Source: Gammaproteobacteria bacterium
GTDB taxonomy: Bacteria > Pseudomonadota > Gammaproteobacteria > UBA4575
Direction of reading: 5' to 3'
NCBI GenBank assembly: GCA_965205275.1
Contig: OZ242168.1
Coordinates: forward strand, 1,143,276 to 1,207,275
DNA length: 64,000 nucleotides
Part shown: piece by piece, positions 33,035 to 44,595 of the stretch
Layout of the letters: each line of letters opens with the position of its first letter
Numbering within the stretch: the first letter of the stretch is position 1
The notes under the pieces: model-generated
The model's input: the letters and a program-made list of their open reading frames with translations, nothing else
Told to the model about the DNA's origin: nothing
The model's database searches: none
Program-made: the position numbers and the translations under genes

Positions 33035-33745
33035 CTATGGTGCTTGTATGAACCGTAAAATTTCCCGGCTGCGCAGAGGTCGGTTGTCAAGATGATAGCT
33101 AATCACGCCGCGCATGAACTGTTTTGTCTCACTTAGACATGCAGGGTCCATCGTCAAGGGAGACTGAAGCGCAATTAATGTTTCCCCTTTTACAACGTTC
33201 CATGCAGAGCTTGCCCGCTCGACTCTGACCGGCCCTGAATCCACATCGTAACGATAGATACCATCTTGCTGTATTTCAGTCTCATGGTCTACCTCTTTGT
33301 CCAACGAAAGACCATGCCCTGTTAACTCAAGCAGTTCAACCTCAAACAGGCGCAACAGTCTTGCACATTTTTTTTTATTTTCACCTAATGCAACAACAAC
33401 ACTCTGATACAGATTAAAAATTTCTTTACTGGGACTGGATTTTGGAGTCAGTTGCAGAATTAATTCATTTAGATACATCCCGATAATGCTGGTGCCAGGT
33501 AAGTCGATATGTCTGGTTCCCTCGGATTCGATATGTGTCAAAGTAAACAATTCCCCTCTTCCGCTCCACGAAATTAACAAAGGTGTAAACAGCACCTTTG
33601 CAGAATTGCTCTTTTTCCTTGAACCCCGATGCACACAAGAAATCAGGCCATACGCAGGCGTCAACATTTCCACAATCTGGCTGGATTCACGATAGGACCT
33701 GGCGTGCATGCAATAGGCCGGCTGTAGTTGCACTTTCATTACCAA
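33035..33745 (-). CDS. recO: DNA repair protein RecO
   Basis: 236 aa with an N-terminal OB-fold; position between era and pdxJ. Confidence 0.85.
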   Translation of the reverse strand: MVMKVQLQPAYCMHARSYRESSQIVEMLTPAYGLISCVHRGSRKKSNSAKVLFTPLLISWSGRGELFTLTHIESEGTRHIDLPGTSIIGMYLNELILQLTPKSSPSKEIFNLYQSVVVALGENKKKCARLLRLFEVELLELTGHGLSLDKEVDHETEIQQDGIYRYDVDSGPVRVERASSAWNVVKGETLIALQSPLTMDPACLSETKQFMRGVISYHLDNRPLRSREILRFIQAP

Positions 33746-33757
33746 CTGTATCGCTTT

Positions 33758-34645
33758 TTATTGTTTGAATTGAGAAACGATCCTTGGCTGATCCTGCCAG
33801 TCCTGTTTGACCTTGACCCATGTGCTGAGCATTACTTTCCTGTTGAAAACCTTCTCAAGCCTCAGACGTGCCTGCTCACCGATCGCTTTTAATTTTGACC
33901 CTTTTTTCCCAATCACAATAGATTTCTGACTGTCTTTTTCAACCCAGATAATTACTGCAATCGTTACCAGATCTTCACTAAATTCCAACCTTTCGACTTC
34001 CGTATACAGAACATAAGGAAGCTCTTTTTGCAACTGCACCATTGCCACCCCGTGCACTATTTCCGAGACCACGAAAGTATCATCGCGGTCCCATTTTACA
34101 TCCTTAGGAAACAAAAACTCTGAATAAGGACAAAATGTACATAACTCTTTCATCAGGCCGGTTACATTTTTATCGTACAAGGCAGAAAGTGGAATAATGC
34201 CATTGAAAGTATAGCGCGACCTTAATCCGTCAATAACAGGCAGAATCGCGGACTTGTCTTTAACCTTGTCCACTTTATTAACCACCAACACAACCGGACA
34301 ATCAACCTGACGGATCTGCTTTAACAGATATTCATCTTCATGATTCCAAACGTACGGCTCTATCAGCATCAGGATTACATCAACTTCCTGTAAGGAAGAT
34401 AATGCATTGCTTAACAGTACCCTGTTCATCAACCGTCGATTTCCCAACTGAACCCCCGGGGTATCGATTATAATTAACTGACATCGCTCCAGACTCAAAA
34501 TACCTCTAATGTTATGCCGTGTGGTGTGTGGCTTGTGCGTAGCTACCGATAACTGGTCACCCAGTAATTTATTGAATAAAGTTGATTTGCCAACGTTGGC
34601 ACGACCCACAATACTTACAAACCCACACTTCAAATCACTTGACAT
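33758..34645 (-). CDS. era: GTPase Era
   Basis: 295 aa; G1 motif GRANVGKSTLFN, DTPG and NKVD motifs, and a C-terminal KH domain. Confidence 0.92.
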   Translation of the reverse strand: MSSDLKCGFVSIVGRANVGKSTLFNKLLGDQLSVATHKPHTTRHNIRGILSLERCQLIIIDTPGVQLGNRRLMNRVLLSNALSSLQEVDVILMLIEPYVWNHEDEYLLKQIRQVDCPVVLVVNKVDKVKDKSAILPVIDGLRSRYTFNGIIPLSALYDKNVTGLMKELCTFCPYSEFLFPKDVKWDRDDTFVVSEIVHGVAMVQLQKELPYVLYTEVERLEFSEDLVTIAVIIWVEKDSQKSIVIGKKGSKLKAIGEQARLRLEKVFNRKVMLSTWVKVKQDWQDQPRIVSQFKQ

Positions 34646-34654
34646 GCGAGTCCT

Positions 34655-35323
34655 TCAGGCACCCTGACTGGATATATATGTGAAGGCCAGTTCTGCTGCA
34701 TCCTGCTCGGCACGACGGCGACTCTTGCCTGTTACTACAAACTGTTCCCGGCAACCTTGGACAATGCATTCAACCGTAAAGAGTTCGCCACCTGATTTTC
34801 TGGCCTGTTCCCGCAAGGCATACTGAGGAAGGCTCAGACCTTTTGACTGCAATAGTTCCTGCAGCTTGGTCTTGGCATCCTTGACCTGATCAACTGAAGG
34901 GATTTTGTCGAGTCTTGTTTGATACAAATCCATCACCAGCTTTCTGGCCTGATCAAGCCCTTCCGACAGATACATTGCACCAATCAGGGCCTCCAGCGCA
35001 TCAGCCAAAATCGAGACACGCTGGGCTCCGCCTGTCTTTAACTCCCCGGCTCCCAGGGATAGATGCCTGCCAAGATCAAATTCACGTGCAATGTCTGCAA
35101 GTGCATCTCTCCTGACCAGATGGGCACGAAGCCGTGTGAGATCTCCTTCGGAATATTCCGGATAGCGGCTAAACAACCACTCTGCAATGAAAAACCCTAA
35201 CAGTGAATCACCCAGATATTCCAGCCTTTCATTGTTATCGGCTCCTGCACTTCGGTGCGTAAGCGCCTGATGAAAATAATCTGAGCTTTGAAAAGGCTCG
35301 TCGAGAAGATCCGTAATGTGCAA
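34655..35323 (-). CDS. rnc: Ribonuclease III
   Basis: 222 aa; signature ERLEYLGDSLLGFFIAEWLF and a C-terminal dsRBD. Confidence 0.92.
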   Translation of the reverse strand: MHITDLLDEPFQSSDYFHQALTHRSAGADNNERLEYLGDSLLGFFIAEWLFSRYPEYSEGDLTRLRAHLVRRDALADIAREFDLGRHLSLGAGELKTGGAQRVSILADALEALIGAMYLSEGLDQARKLVMDLYQTRLDKIPSVDQVKDAKTKLQELLQSKGLSLPQYALREQARKSGGELFTVECIVQGCREQFVVTGKSRRRAEQDAAELAFTYISSQGA

Positions 35324-35536
35324 TCTACTTGCTATCTATCGTATAGGAGTGATTGAACATGACTACTGCACCTGAACTGGAACCTCATTACACAATCTCT
35401 TACCGACTTTATGCCGCAATCCTCTGTACTGTACAGCATATAATCTTATACCAACCATGACAGGAAACCAATTTGGGACACTGAACTGCCCGGAAAACAA
35501 AGGAGGCATCGCATCTTTTTTAGATAACCATGTCCG

Positions 35537-36355
35537 CTAGATGATTTTTCCCCCAATGCGGTTGAAATTAAACTTCTTCCCGGTGAAATCCCAATTCATC
35601 CATACCAGAAAAGCCTGACCAACCAGATTTTTCTCCGGTACAAACCCCCAGCTTCGACTGTCGCTGCTGTGATCACGATTATCACCCATCACAAAATAGT
35701 GATTCTCAGGGACATATTCCACAATTGGTACATTGTATTTCGGATACCTGATTAAAATATCATGCTCCACTTCTCCCAGGTTCTCCCTGTATACAGGTAT
35801 CCCATTCATAGTACCGTTCGCACCGGTCCCATGATACACGCCATTTTTTTCCTGTGGCATAGGCTGGCCATTAATAAATACCGCTTTACCCCTGTATTCA
35901 ATACGATCACCAGGCAGACCAATGATGCGCTTAATGTAGTCATCAGAGGGATTTCTAGGGAATCGGAACACTGCAACGTCCCCACGTTGCGGTGTTCCGG
36001 TGTCCAGTACTTTAGCATGCAAAACAGGTAACCTGATGCCGTAGGTAAATTTGTTTACCAGAATAAAATCACCATGCAGCAGGGTTGGCATCATGGAACC
36101 CGATGGAATTCGAAAAGGTTCTGCTACAAACGATCGAAGCACTAGCACGATCAGTAAAATAGGGAAAAATGATTTACAGATTTCTATATACCAAGGCGGC
36201 TCCCGGTCACCCTTGTCTGCATGAGATAAATTTTCCAGTACACTCGCATCGCGCCTGTTCCTTAAAAAGAGTTTATCGAGTAACCAGACAAAACCCGTTA
36301 CTAATGTCCCAACAAGCAAGAGCAGTTCTAGATCCAAGTGAATATTTAATGACAT
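35537..36355 (-). CDS. lepB: Signal peptidase I
   Basis: 272 aa; SGSMMPTL catalytic Ser box and a GDNRDHSSDSR box. Confidence 0.9.
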   Translation of the reverse strand: MSLNIHLDLELLLLVGTLVTGFVWLLDKLFLRNRRDASVLENLSHADKGDREPPWYIEICKSFFPILLIVLVLRSFVAEPFRIPSGSMMPTLLHGDFILVNKFTYGIRLPVLHAKVLDTGTPQRGDVAVFRFPRNPSDDYIKRIIGLPGDRIEYRGKAVFINGQPMPQEKNGVYHGTGANGTMNGIPVYRENLGEVEHDILIRYPKYNVPIVEYVPENHYFVMGDNRDHSSDSRSWGFVPEKNLVGQAFLVWMNWDFTGKKFNFNRIGGKII

Positions 36356-36501
36356 TTGTACGAAATATTGCCTCTACATCCGACGGGCCCCATTGAGCCC
36401 CGGATTCAGTAAACGTTTGTGTGAATGGCTAACTATAGCAGGATATGAGATCACCTGATCGCTGACACAGGAACTGAAATCCGGTAAGCGGCCACACCCG
36501 G

Positions 36502-36891
36502 TTATGTGCAACACTTCCCAACTGTGACCCCCGGAACTTGGCCTGACGATACAGGGTTAAGCAACCAGCGTTGACTCAAATGTATTCCATAAGGTGTTTT
36601 TCCTTTCAAGCCGGTGTGGGGTCGGTGGTAATCGCAAACCGCTTCCCACTCGGCCAACTGACATTCTAAATTGCAGTCTCCCGCATAATTCAGATATTGA
36701 TAAAACGCCTGTTTGCCCGTCAGATGGGAGTGTCCCACTTTGCCATTCAAATGTAGACTAGCCGGTTCAATATATCGATAAATAATGCCACAACTGTCAG
36801 TATGCTGATGAAGTTTAGACTGGAATTCACGCCTGCATAGGTGGGTATATTCTGACTTCTGCGGTTTGAATCGCCAAGTAACCAAATTCAA
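36502..36891 (-). pseudogene. Transposase C-terminal fragment (DDE integrase-core tail, IS481/IS3-like)
   Basis: ...CDYHRPHTGLKGKTPYGIHL matches the conserved ...N.HRPH.ALGGKTP... tail of DDE transposases. No N-terminal or catalytic region is present. Confidence 0.5.
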
Positions 36892-36997
36892 ATGCGTAGG
36901 CTTCTTCGATCAGAATGAGAACAGGGCGGAGACTGTCGGGGATCACCCTTTCGCTCCAAAAATGCTACCCATGTCCCCGGTACGGACCCGGACCGGC

Positions 36998-37074
36998 CTG
37001 GTCGGGGTGAGAGGATTTGAACCTCCGACCACCGCAACCCCATTGCGGTGCGCTACCAGGCTGCGCTACACCCC
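36998..37074 (-). tRNA. tRNA-Pro (anticodon GGG)
   Basis: Reverse complement CGGGGTGTAGCGCAGCCTGGTAGCGCACCGCAATGGGGTTGCGGTGGTCGGAGGTTCAAATCCTCTCACCCCGACCA folds as a cloverleaf; the anticodon loop ATGGGGT gives GGG. Near-identical to E. coli proL. Confidence 0.9.
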
Positions 37075-37117
37075 GATACTAGCCAGGTACACCTCAGAAA
37101 AATTACAGCGGGAACAC

Positions 37118-37483
37118 TTAACGTTTTAAAACCTGTAACAAATCTTCAAGCTCAACCCGCATCTGATGGACAAGTTGCTGGCTTTGATTTGTATCCTCTT
37201 TGGCAGATGAGCCCGACAGCTTCTGTCTGGCTCCACCTATGGTATAACCCTGCTCATAGAGCAAGTTGCGAATCTGGCGAATTAAAATCACATCGTGTCG
37301 CTGATAATAACGTCGGTTGCCACGACGCTTGACGGGTCTCAGGGATGGAAATTCCTGTTCCCAATAACGCAATACATGGGATTTCACCCTGCATAGCTCG
37401 CTGACTTCACCAATCGTAAAGTAGCGTTTCCCCGGAATCGCTGGTAATTCATTATTACTGCTGATTTCCAGCATATGCCTCAA
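37118..37483 (-). CDS. MerR-family transcriptional regulator
   Basis: 121 aa; [25 protein letters not shown] helix-turn-helix. This family commonly sits downstream of ihfA in gammaproteobacteria. Confidence 0.75.
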   Translation of the reverse strand: MRHMLEISSNNELPAIPGKRYFTIGEVSELCRVKSHVLRYWEQEFPSLRPVKRRGNRRYYQRHDVILIRQIRNLLYEQGYTIGGARQKLSGSSAKEDTNQSQQLVHQMRVELEDLLQVLKR

Positions 37484-37754
37484 CTCTCGCTTTCAGCTTC
37501 TGTCCAGGACGGAATGTAACTACGCGTCTGGCAGAAATCGGAATTTCTTCACCCGTTTTCGGGTTACGCCCAGGGCGTTGATTTTTGTCCCGTAAAATAA
37601 AGTTACCAAAACCGGATAATTTGACTTCATGGTTTTGCTCCAAAGCGATTCGAACTTCTTCAAAAAAAACTTCAACGAGTTCTTTGGCCTCGCGCTTGTT
37701 GAGGCCTAACTCCTCAAACAAGTTCTCTGCCATTTCAGCTTTGGTTAGCGCCAT
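37455..37754 (-). CDS. ihfA: Integration host factor subunit alpha
   Basis: 99 aa; [33 protein letters not shown]...GFGNF...GRNPKTGE is near-identical to E. coli IhfA. Confidence 0.92.
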   Translation of the reverse strand: MALTKAEMAENLFEELGLNKREAKELVEVFFEEVRIALEQNHEVKLSGFGNFILRDKNQRPGRNPKTGEEIPISARRVVTFRPGQKLKARVEAYAGNQQ

Positions 37755-37759
37755 TGCAC

Positions 37760-40150
37760 TCAGCTTTTTATTTCCGCTCCAACTTTATTTTCAAGTTGAG
37801 AAATAATTAATACGATGCTTTGTTCTATTTCTTTATCTGTAAGGGTGCGTGAAAACTCTTGCAAAATCAAGCCTAAAGAAATGCTTTTCTTACCCTCAGG
37901 AATACCTTTACCAACATAAACACTAAAAACCTCCACACGTTGCAAGTGAGTTATTTGCATTTGTTCAATGTTTGAACAAATTTCTGCCGCTTGCAGAGTC
38001 TCATCTACAATGAGCGTGATATCCCGACGAATCGAAGGGTATTTTGACAAGGGCCGAAAGACCTTCCTGGAGGGCTGTTGTACAAATTCGTTTAACTGCA
38101 ATTCAAACAAAAAAATATCCTGGTCAATATCCAGGGCAGTCTGTATATGCGGGTGCAAGGTGCCCAATCGAGCCAGCATTTTATTCCTGAATACAATTTT
38201 TGCCGCCTGCCCAGGATGCAGGGCGGGATCTTCCAAGGGTTCAAAGCTCATTTTATCACAAGGCAACGCTGCAATATCTAAGAGCTGTTCTACATCACCT
38301 TTTACATCATAAAAATCTGTTTTTCTCGAACGAATTCCCCATTGCTGGGGTTCACAATTTCCTGAAATAAGTCCAGACAACACCGGCAGTTGCATAAGCC
38401 CTTCCGTTGTCTGGCAAAATTGCAGTCCCTGCTCAAACATCCGGATGTGCATTTGCTGGCGGTTGAAATTATAGCGTGCCGCTTGGATCAGGCCTGGCCA
38501 AATGCTGCTGCGCATAACAGACAGGTCCTGTGAAATCGGGTTTGCCAGTTCTTTTGCATCATGTTCCGGGTTGAACAATTTTTCCATGTGCTGGCTCACA
38601 AAGCTGAACGAAATAATTTCATTATACCCACGCAGCACCAAGGCCTGCTTCATCTGTTCAAGTGCACTCACACGGGACCCGGAATCGGTTACACTCAGGA
38701 GAATTGTCTCTGCATTATTGGTAGATGGTATATTTTCATAACCTGTCAGGCGTGCAATTTCCTCAATCAGATCTGCTTCTATGGAAAGGTCGGTACGAAA
38801 CCCCGGTGGAATGACACGCAGAATATGGCCATCCATGCTTACCTTGCAATACAAGCGCTCCAGGAGCGCCCGTATTGCAGCCGTTGATATTTCTATTCCC
38901 AACAAGGCTTCAGCCCTAGACGGCTCAAGCTCAATCTGCACAGCTTGAGGCAGGCAGGAGACCTTTTCTTCACAGATAACAGGACCTGAATCACCACCCG
39001 CTGTCGCAAGGATTAACTGGGTCGCTCGTTGCATCGCCTGATGTGCCAGATCCGGGTCCACACCACGTTCGAAACGGTGCGATGCATCTGTGTGCAACCC
39101 GTATTTTCGTGCCTTCCCGGCAATTGTTTCAGGCTTGAACCAGGCACATTCCAGAAAAACAGCCTTAGTATGATCCCCAACTGCTGATCGACGCCCTCCC
39201 ATAATGCCAGCCAGGGCAACCGGATTTTCTGCATCTGCAATAACCAGTTCATCACCAGATAACGCCACCTCCTGGCCATTGAGCAGCTGCAGAGATTCTG
39301 ATGGTCTGGCAAAACGCACTACAATACCGGACTGCAGTTTATCAAGGTCAAATGCATGCATCGGCTGGCCGAGTTCAAGCATCACGTAATTCACAATATC
39401 GATAATGGCATTTACAGAGCGGACCCCGGAACGACGCAATTTTTCCCGAATCCACAACGGACTCGGTACATTCCCTGATACACCCGTAATCACCCTGCCT
39501 ACATAACGCGGACAATCTTCGGACGCCTCGACTGAGACCGGGAAAACCGTTTCGACCGAATGGCCCGCCTCAATGACCAGTGGTCTTTTAATGGAGGTCC
39601 CCAGCAGTGCAGATATTTCCCGTGCAAGGCCCTGAATGCTGAGGCAATCAGAGCGGTTAGGTGTTAAGTCGATATCGATCACAGTGTCATTCAGGTTCAG
39701 ATATTCATACACATCGACGCCCAGCTCACATGCATCAGGTAACTCCATAATCCCCTGAGACGATTCTTCCAACCCCAATTCAGCACAGGAACATAACATC
39801 CCCGATGATTCCACCCCGCGCAGTGTTTTTGCTTCAATGGAGAGATTCCCAGGCAGTTGCGCGCCAACTTTTGCAAACGCCGTCGTTAACCCGGTACGTA
39901 CGTTGCCTGCACCGCAGACCGCTGTTGTCAGTCGACCTGAGCCATCATCCATGCCGCATACATGGAGTTTTCCGGCATCAGGATGCGCGGAGAGCTCTAC
40001 TATCTTTGCAACCACTACACCTGAAAACACAGGTGCGGCAGGACTGGTACTGTCGACTTCCAGTCCAGCCATGGTTAATGTGTCAGCCAGCTGCTGGGTG
40101 CTGACAGCCGGATCCACCCATTCACGCAACCAGATTTCACTTACCTGCAT
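37760..40150 (-). CDS. pheT: Phenylalanine--tRNA ligase beta subunit
   Basis: 796 aa with tRNA-binding, B3/B4, B5 and FDX-ACB domain order; follows pheS. Confidence 0.92.
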   Translation of the reverse strand: MQVSEIWLREWVDPAVSTQQLADTLTMAGLEVDSTSPAAPVFSGVVVAKIVELSAHPDAGKLHVCGMDDGSGRLTTAVCGAGNVRTGLTTAFAKVGAQLPGNLSIEAKTLRGVESSGMLCSCAELGLEESSQGIMELPDACELGVDVYEYLNLNDTVIDIDLTPNRSDCLSIQGLAREISALLGTSIKRPLVIEAGHSVETVFPVSVEASEDCPRYVGRVITGVSGNVPSPLWIREKLRRSGVRSVNAIIDIVNYVMLELGQPMHAFDLDKLQSGIVVRFARPSESLQLLNGQEVALSGDELVIADAENPVALAGIMGGRRSAVGDHTKAVFLECAWFKPETIAGKARKYGLHTDASHRFERGVDPDLAHQAMQRATQLILATAGGDSGPVICEEKVSCLPQAVQIELEPSRAEALLGIEISTAAIRALLERLYCKVSMDGHILRVIPPGFRTDLSIEADLIEEIARLTGYENIPSTNNAETILLSVTDSGSRVSALEQMKQALVLRGYNEIISFSFVSQHMEKLFNPEHDAKELANPISQDLSVMRSSIWPGLIQAARYNFNRQQMHIRMFEQGLQFCQTTEGLMQLPVLSGLISGNCEPQQWGIRSRKTDFYDVKGDVEQLLDIAALPCDKMSFEPLEDPALHPGQAAKIVFRNKMLARLGTLHPHIQTALDIDQDIFLFELQLNEFVQQPSRKVFRPLSKYPSIRRDITLIVDETLQAAEICSNIEQMQITHLQRVEVFSVYVGKGIPEGKKSISLGLILQEFSRTLTDKEIEQSIVLIISQLENKVGAEIKS

Positions 40151-40160
40151 TACTTATCTC

Positions 40161-41162
40161 TCATGCAAACTGCTGCAAAAAACGCAAATCATTTTCAAAA
40201 AATAGTCTTAGATCATCAATCTGATAACGCAACATGGCAAGACGCTCAACCCCCATGCCAAATGCGTATCCGCGGTACCGGTTCACGTCAATTCCGACCT
40301 TTTCAAAAACCCTGGGATGTACCATTCCACACCCTATAACTTCCAACCACTTGGTGCCCTCCAATTCAGAGCCGGCCATTGCCACGTCAACTTCAGCGGA
40401 AGGCTCGGTAAACGGGAAATACGATGGCCGAAACCGTATCGGCAGGCTTTCATCTTCAAAAAATACTTGCAGGAATTTGATCAGCATGCTTTTCAGGTCG
40501 GCAAAGGATGCCTGTTCATCTACCAGCAGACCTTCCACCTGATGAAACATTGGGCTGTGTGTCGGATCTGAGTCACACCGATAGACACGGCCCGGTGCAA
40601 TGACACGTATGGGAGGAGCCTGTCGCTGCATCAGGCGAATTTGTACAGACGACGTATGCGTACGCAATAACATCTTGTCCTTGAAATAGAAGGTATCATG
40701 CATGGCGCGAGCCGGATGATGCGCAGGTATATTCAAAGCTTCAAAATTATGAAATTCGTCTTCAATCTCCGGGCCTTTTTCTACCGTAAATCCATACTTC
40801 AGGAAATACTCCCTGATACGAGTCAGCGTATGCGTAACAGGATGCAGGCTGCCCAGGTTCTGCTTGCGCCCTGGCAAAGTGATATCCAGAGTTTCGCGGC
40901 TCAGCCTGTTGCCTATGGCAGATTTTTGTAACTGGGATTTTTTCTCGTCTATCGCCTGCTGAAGGCGCGATTTAATCTGGTTTATTTTTTGCCCGGCACT
41001 GGGGCGCAAATCACTGGGAAGATTGCCTAATGCCTTGAGTTGCTCAGTAAGGGTCCCTTTTTTACCTAAAAGCTGAATACGCAGCGATTCCAGGGCATTT
41101 GCATCACAGGCAGATTGAATCTCAGCAAGTGCCTCGATTTCTAACGAATTAAGATCAGTCAT
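40161..41162 (-). CDS. pheS: Phenylalanine--tRNA ligase alpha subunit
   Basis: Class II aaRS motifs ([31 protein letters not shown]) aligned to E. coli PheS. Start taken at ATG 41162 (MTDLNS...); the track's 41174 is a TTG. Confidence 0.9.
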   Translation of the reverse strand: MTDLNSLEIEALAEIQSACDANALESLRIQLLGKKGTLTEQLKALGNLPSDLRPSAGQKINQIKSRLQQAIDEKKSQLQKSAIGNRLSRETLDITLPGRKQNLGSLHPVTHTLTRIREYFLKYGFTVEKGPEIEDEFHNFEALNIPAHHPARAMHDTFYFKDKMLLRTHTSSVQIRLMQRQAPPIRVIAPGRVYRCDSDPTHSPMFHQVEGLLVDEQASFADLKSMLIKFLQVFFEDESLPIRFRPSYFPFTEPSAEVDVAMAGSELEGTKWLEVIGCGMVHPRVFEKVGIDVNRYRGYAFGMGVERLAMLRYQIDDLRLFFENDLRFLQQFA

Positions 41163-41196
41163 TTGTTTAACCAAGGTCCATTATTTAAACAAAAAA

Positions 41197-41222
41197 GGGA
41201 AAGGCGAAGCCTTTCCCTTTTT
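41197..41222 (-). terminator. Intrinsic terminator hairpin between rplT and pheS
   Basis: gggaaaggc-gaa-gcctttccc forms a 9-bp GC-rich stem, flanked by an A6 run upstream and a T5 run downstream on the plus strand. This gives a U-run after the stem for minus-strand transcripts. Confidence 0.45.
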
Positions 41223-41273
41223 ACCAAGCATTAACTATGTAACTGTGCAACAAGCAACCTGATCTACATTACG

Positions 41274-41627
41274 CTACAAGCTTGCCTTCGCTCTTTCAGC
41301 TATCTTGCCAAACGTATCTATATCATGAACGGCCAAGTCCGCCAAAACCTTACGGTCAATCTCTACAGAGGCCTTGTTAAGCCCATCCATCAATCTGCTG
41401 TACGACAACCCGAATTGTCTTGCTGCAGCGTTGATCCGTACAATCCATAAGGAACGAAACTGACGCTTGCGTTGCCGCCGGTCACGATATGCGTACTGAC
41501 CAGCCTTAATGACCGCTTGTTTGGCAACACGAAAGGTACTCTTACGGGCACCATAATATCCCTTGGCTTTGGCAAGTATCTTCTTGTGTCGGGCGCGTGC
41601 AACTACAGACCTCTTGGCTCTTGGCAT
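41274..41627 (-). CDS. rplT: 50S ribosomal protein L20
   Basis: 117 aa; [29 protein letters not shown]... Confidence 0.93.
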   Translation of the reverse strand: MPRAKRSVVARARHKKILAKAKGYYGARKSTFRVAKQAVIKAGQYAYRDRRQRKRQFRSLWIVRINAAARQFGLSYSRLMDGLNKASVEIDRKVLADLAVHDIDTFGKIAERAKASL

Positions 41628-41659
41628 TAATTCTCTCCGGGTTCCTTAAATATGTTCCT

Positions 41660-41857
41660 TTACGCGTAGGGCAGCATCTGCCGTACAGCTTTAACGTCCT
41701 GATCTGCGATGGATGCACCGGCACGCAACTGCCTTTTTCTTTTCGTACTCTTCTTGGTCAGAATATGTCTGCCATGAGACTGGATGCGCTTGAAACCACC
41801 TCCTGCAGTTTTTTTAAAGCGCTTTGCTGCACCACGATTTGTTTTTAATTTAGGCAT
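41660..41857 (-). CDS. rpmI: 50S ribosomal protein L35
   Basis: 65 aa; [24 protein letters not shown]... Confidence 0.9.
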   Translation of the reverse strand: MPKLKTNRGAAKRFKKTAGGGFKRIQSHGRHILTKKSTKRKRQLRAGASIADQDVKAVRQMLPYA

Positions 41858-41874
41858 ATGTTCACTAACCTGTA

Positions 41875-42396
41875 TTATTTCTTTCGTAATGGTGTAAACA
41901 CCATCACCAGTTGACGTCCCTCTAGTTTTGGCCTTTGCTCAACTTCGCCATAATCCTTTAAATCATTTTCTATCCGATCCAGCAATACACCGCCAAGCTC
42001 CTGGTGCATCATCTCCCGACCTCTGAACCGAACGGTTACTTTTGTTTTATCACCATTCGCTAAAAATTCGGTTATCTTTCTTAACTTAACCTGATAATCA
42101 CCTTCTTCTGTACTGGGCCGAAACTTTATTTCCTTGACGTGGATCAGCTTTTGCTTTTTTCTTGCAACCTGAGCTTTTTTGCTTTGCTGAAATTTAAACT
42201 TGCCGTAGTCCATCACCCGGCACACAGGTGGCTTGGCATTCGGAGAAATTTCTACTAAATCAAGGTCCGCATCCTGCGCGATCTGCTGAGCTTTACTGAT
42301 CTCGACCACACCCACATTCTTGCCATCCAGTCCAATCAGGCGAACTTCATCACCAGTAATTTCCTCATTCAAGCGGTTCACTTTCGCTACACTAAT
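41875..42396 (-). CDS. infC: Translation initiation factor IF-3 (AUU start)
   Basis: IF3 N- and C-domains. In-frame ATT at 42394-42396 lies 7 nt downstream of a GGAGG SD (42404-42408) and gives [13 protein letters not shown]..., the canonical autoregulatory AUU start. The ORF track starts later at ATG 42381. Confidence 0.85.
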   Translation of the reverse strand: MSVAKVNRLNEEITGDEVRLIGLDGKNVGVVEISKAQQIAQDADLDLVEISPNAKPPVCRVMDYGKFKFQQSKKAQVARKKQKLIHVKEIKFRPSTEEGDYQVKLRKITEFLANGDKTKVTVRFRGREMMHQELGGVLLDRIENDLKDYGEVEQRPKLEGRQLVMVFTPLRKK

Positions 42397-42416
42397 ATTC
42401 TAATCCTCCAAAAAAA

Positions 42417-44327
42417 TTAAAAGCCGCGACGCGCACTTTGCTCAGTGAACCTGTGCACGATAGCCTTGACGCCCACCGAGCCCAAGTCTTCACCACTACG
42501 CGTACGAACGGCTAACTGATTTGCAGCCACTTCACGGTCGCCTGCCACTAGCATATAAGGAATATGGGCAAGCGTATGCTCACGGAGCTTAAAGCCAATC
42601 TTTTCATTTCTCAAGTCAGAAATGACTCTGAAACCTTGATTTTTAAGCATTTCCCGCACAGAACCGACATAATCCGCCTGTCGGTCTGTAATATTCAGCA
42701 ATACTGCCTGGACCGGAGCCAGCCAAAAAGGCAGGTCACCCGCATAATTCTCTATCAATATCCCAATAAACCGTTCCAGTGAACCCAGTATCGCCCGATG
42801 AATCATAACCGGAACCTGGCGGGAACCATTTTTAGCCACATAGGAAGCATCCAACCGCCCCGGCATGGAAAAATCAACCTGGATCGTGCCACACTGCCAT
42901 GCCCGGCCAATACTGTCCCGCAGCGTAAATTCGATCTTGGGGCCATAAAATGCACCCTCACCCGGTTGCAGGCGGTACTCCAAGCCCTGGTTATCCAACG
43001 TTACTTGTAGCGCTTCTTCGGCCTCATCCCATAGACTGTCTTCCCCCACTCGCTGCTGCGGACGAGTCGATAAAACCAGCTCAATCTGTTCAAAACCAAA
43101 ATCATTATACACGTCAAACGTCAGCTGAATCAGTTCCGCCACTTCATGTTGCAGCTGTTCCCGAGTGCAAAAGATATGCGCATCATCCTGGACAAAACGT
43201 CTTCCTCGCATCAGACCATGCAGGGTTCCAGAAGGCTCATTGCGGTGCACTAACCCAAACTCAGAGAGCTTGAACGGCAAATCCCGATAGCTTTTGAGGC
43301 CCTGATTATAAATCTGTACATGCCCGGGACAATTCATGGGTTTAATCGCATATTCACGATTTTCAGATTGCGTTGAGAAAATCATATCGCCGAATTTATC
43401 CCAGTGACCCGACTTTTCCCATAACTTGCGATCAAGTATCTGGGGGGTTAGGACTTCCTGGTAACCCTGTGTACGAATCTTGTCACGAATATAGGATTCA
43501 ACCAGCTGGTAAAGCATAAAACCGCGGTCATGCCAGAAAACCATGCCGGGCGCTTCATCCTGAAAATGAAATAAATCCATTTGCTTGCCAAGCTTGCGAT
43601 GGTCACGCTTCTGGGCTTCCTCAAGTTGCGTCAGATAGTTTTTAAGTTGCTTTTTATCTGCCCATGCAGTGCCGTAAATACGTTGCAACATTTTATTATT
43701 GGAGTCACCACGCCAGTAAGAACCTGCCAGCTTGGTAAGCTTGAATGCCCTCAGATGCCGTGTATTCGGCACATGGGGTCCACGACACATGTCGGTGTAT
43801 TCCTGATGATGGTACAGCGCAATGATTTCATTATCTGGAATTCCAGATGCAATTTCGACTTTGTAGCCTTCATCGCGACCTCTGAACGTATCAACTGCCT
43901 TGGCTTTGCTGACTACTTCCCGGATAACATCGTAATCCTGCGTAACCAACTCGCCCATACGTTTTTCAATAGCCTCCAGGTCTTCCGGCGTGAAAGAACG
44001 CTCATAGTCAATGTCGTAGTAAAATCCGTTTTCAATAACCGGACCAATCGCCATTTTCGCGGTAGGATAAAGTTGCTTGATTGCATGCCCCATCAGGTGC
44101 GCAAAGGAATGACGAATCACATCAATCCCATCCGGGTCTTTACTGGTAACAATCTCGACGCTGGCATCCTCAGTAATACTGACACAGGCATCAGCAAGCT
44201 GCCCGTTGATGCGCCCAGCGATGGCTGCCCTAGCCAGCCCAGGGCCAATGGATTCCGCCACTTGCCGGATGGTTACAGGATGTGTGAATTCTTTTTGCGC
44301 GCCATCAGGCAGGGTGATTGTTGGCAT
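42417..44327 (-). CDS. thrS: Threonine--tRNA ligase
   Basis: About 636 aa from [14 protein letters not shown], aligning with E. coli ThrS (TGS, editing and class II catalytic domains, anticodon-binding domain). The track extends to an upstream Met at 44363. Confidence 0.92.
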   Translation of the reverse strand: MPTITLPDGAQKEFTHPVTIRQVAESIGPGLARAAIAGRINGQLADACVSITEDASVEIVTSKDPDGIDVIRHSFAHLMGHAIKQLYPTAKMAIGPVIENGFYYDIDYERSFTPEDLEAIEKRMGELVTQDYDVIREVVSKAKAVDTFRGRDEGYKVEIASGIPDNEIIALYHHQEYTDMCRGPHVPNTRHLRAFKLTKLAGSYWRGDSNNKMLQRIYGTAWADKKQLKNYLTQLEEAQKRDHRKLGKQMDLFHFQDEAPGMVFWHDRGFMLYQLVESYIRDKIRTQGYQEVLTPQILDRKLWEKSGHWDKFGDMIFSTQSENREYAIKPMNCPGHVQIYNQGLKSYRDLPFKLSEFGLVHRNEPSGTLHGLMRGRRFVQDDAHIFCTREQLQHEVAELIQLTFDVYNDFGFEQIELVLSTRPQQRVGEDSLWDEAEEALQVTLDNQGLEYRLQPGEGAFYGPKIEFTLRDSIGRAWQCGTIQVDFSMPGRLDASYVAKNGSRQVPVMIHRAILGSLERFIGILIENYAGDLPFWLAPVQAVLLNITDRQADYVGSVREMLKNQGFRVISDLRNEKIGFKLREHTLAHIPYMLVAGDREVAANQLAVRTRSGEDLGSVGVKAIVHRFTEQSARRGF

Positions 44328-44412
44328 GTACCTTCTCCAGTGGTGACCTATACCAGGGGCCACATGTCTGCAAAATGCATCTTTATTTGAGATTCGACAT
44401 TATATTAAATTT

Positions 44413-44488
44413 TGGTAGGCGCGATTGGATTCGAACCAACGACCCCCACCATGTCAAGGTGATGCTCTAACCAACTGAGCTACGCGCC
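44413..44488 (-). tRNA. tRNA-Val (anticodon GAC)
   Basis: Reverse complement GGCGCGTAGCTCAGTTGGTTAGAGCATCACCTTGACATGGTGGGGGTCGTTGGTTCGAATCCAATCGCGCCTACCA; anticodon loop TTGACAT; close to E. coli valV. Confidence 0.9.
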
Positions 44489-44595
44489 TAATACGGATAG
44501 GCAAACTAACACAGAACAGGATAATTCGATACCTTGCCATAGTGGATCTGGCCAAATTTGCCAAACTATCTGTTCAAAAAGAATCGGATAAGGTT

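Noticed and set aside
36866-37129. 87-aa plus-strand ORF.
   Set aside because: It overlaps the tRNA-Pro gene on the opposite strand and is spurious.
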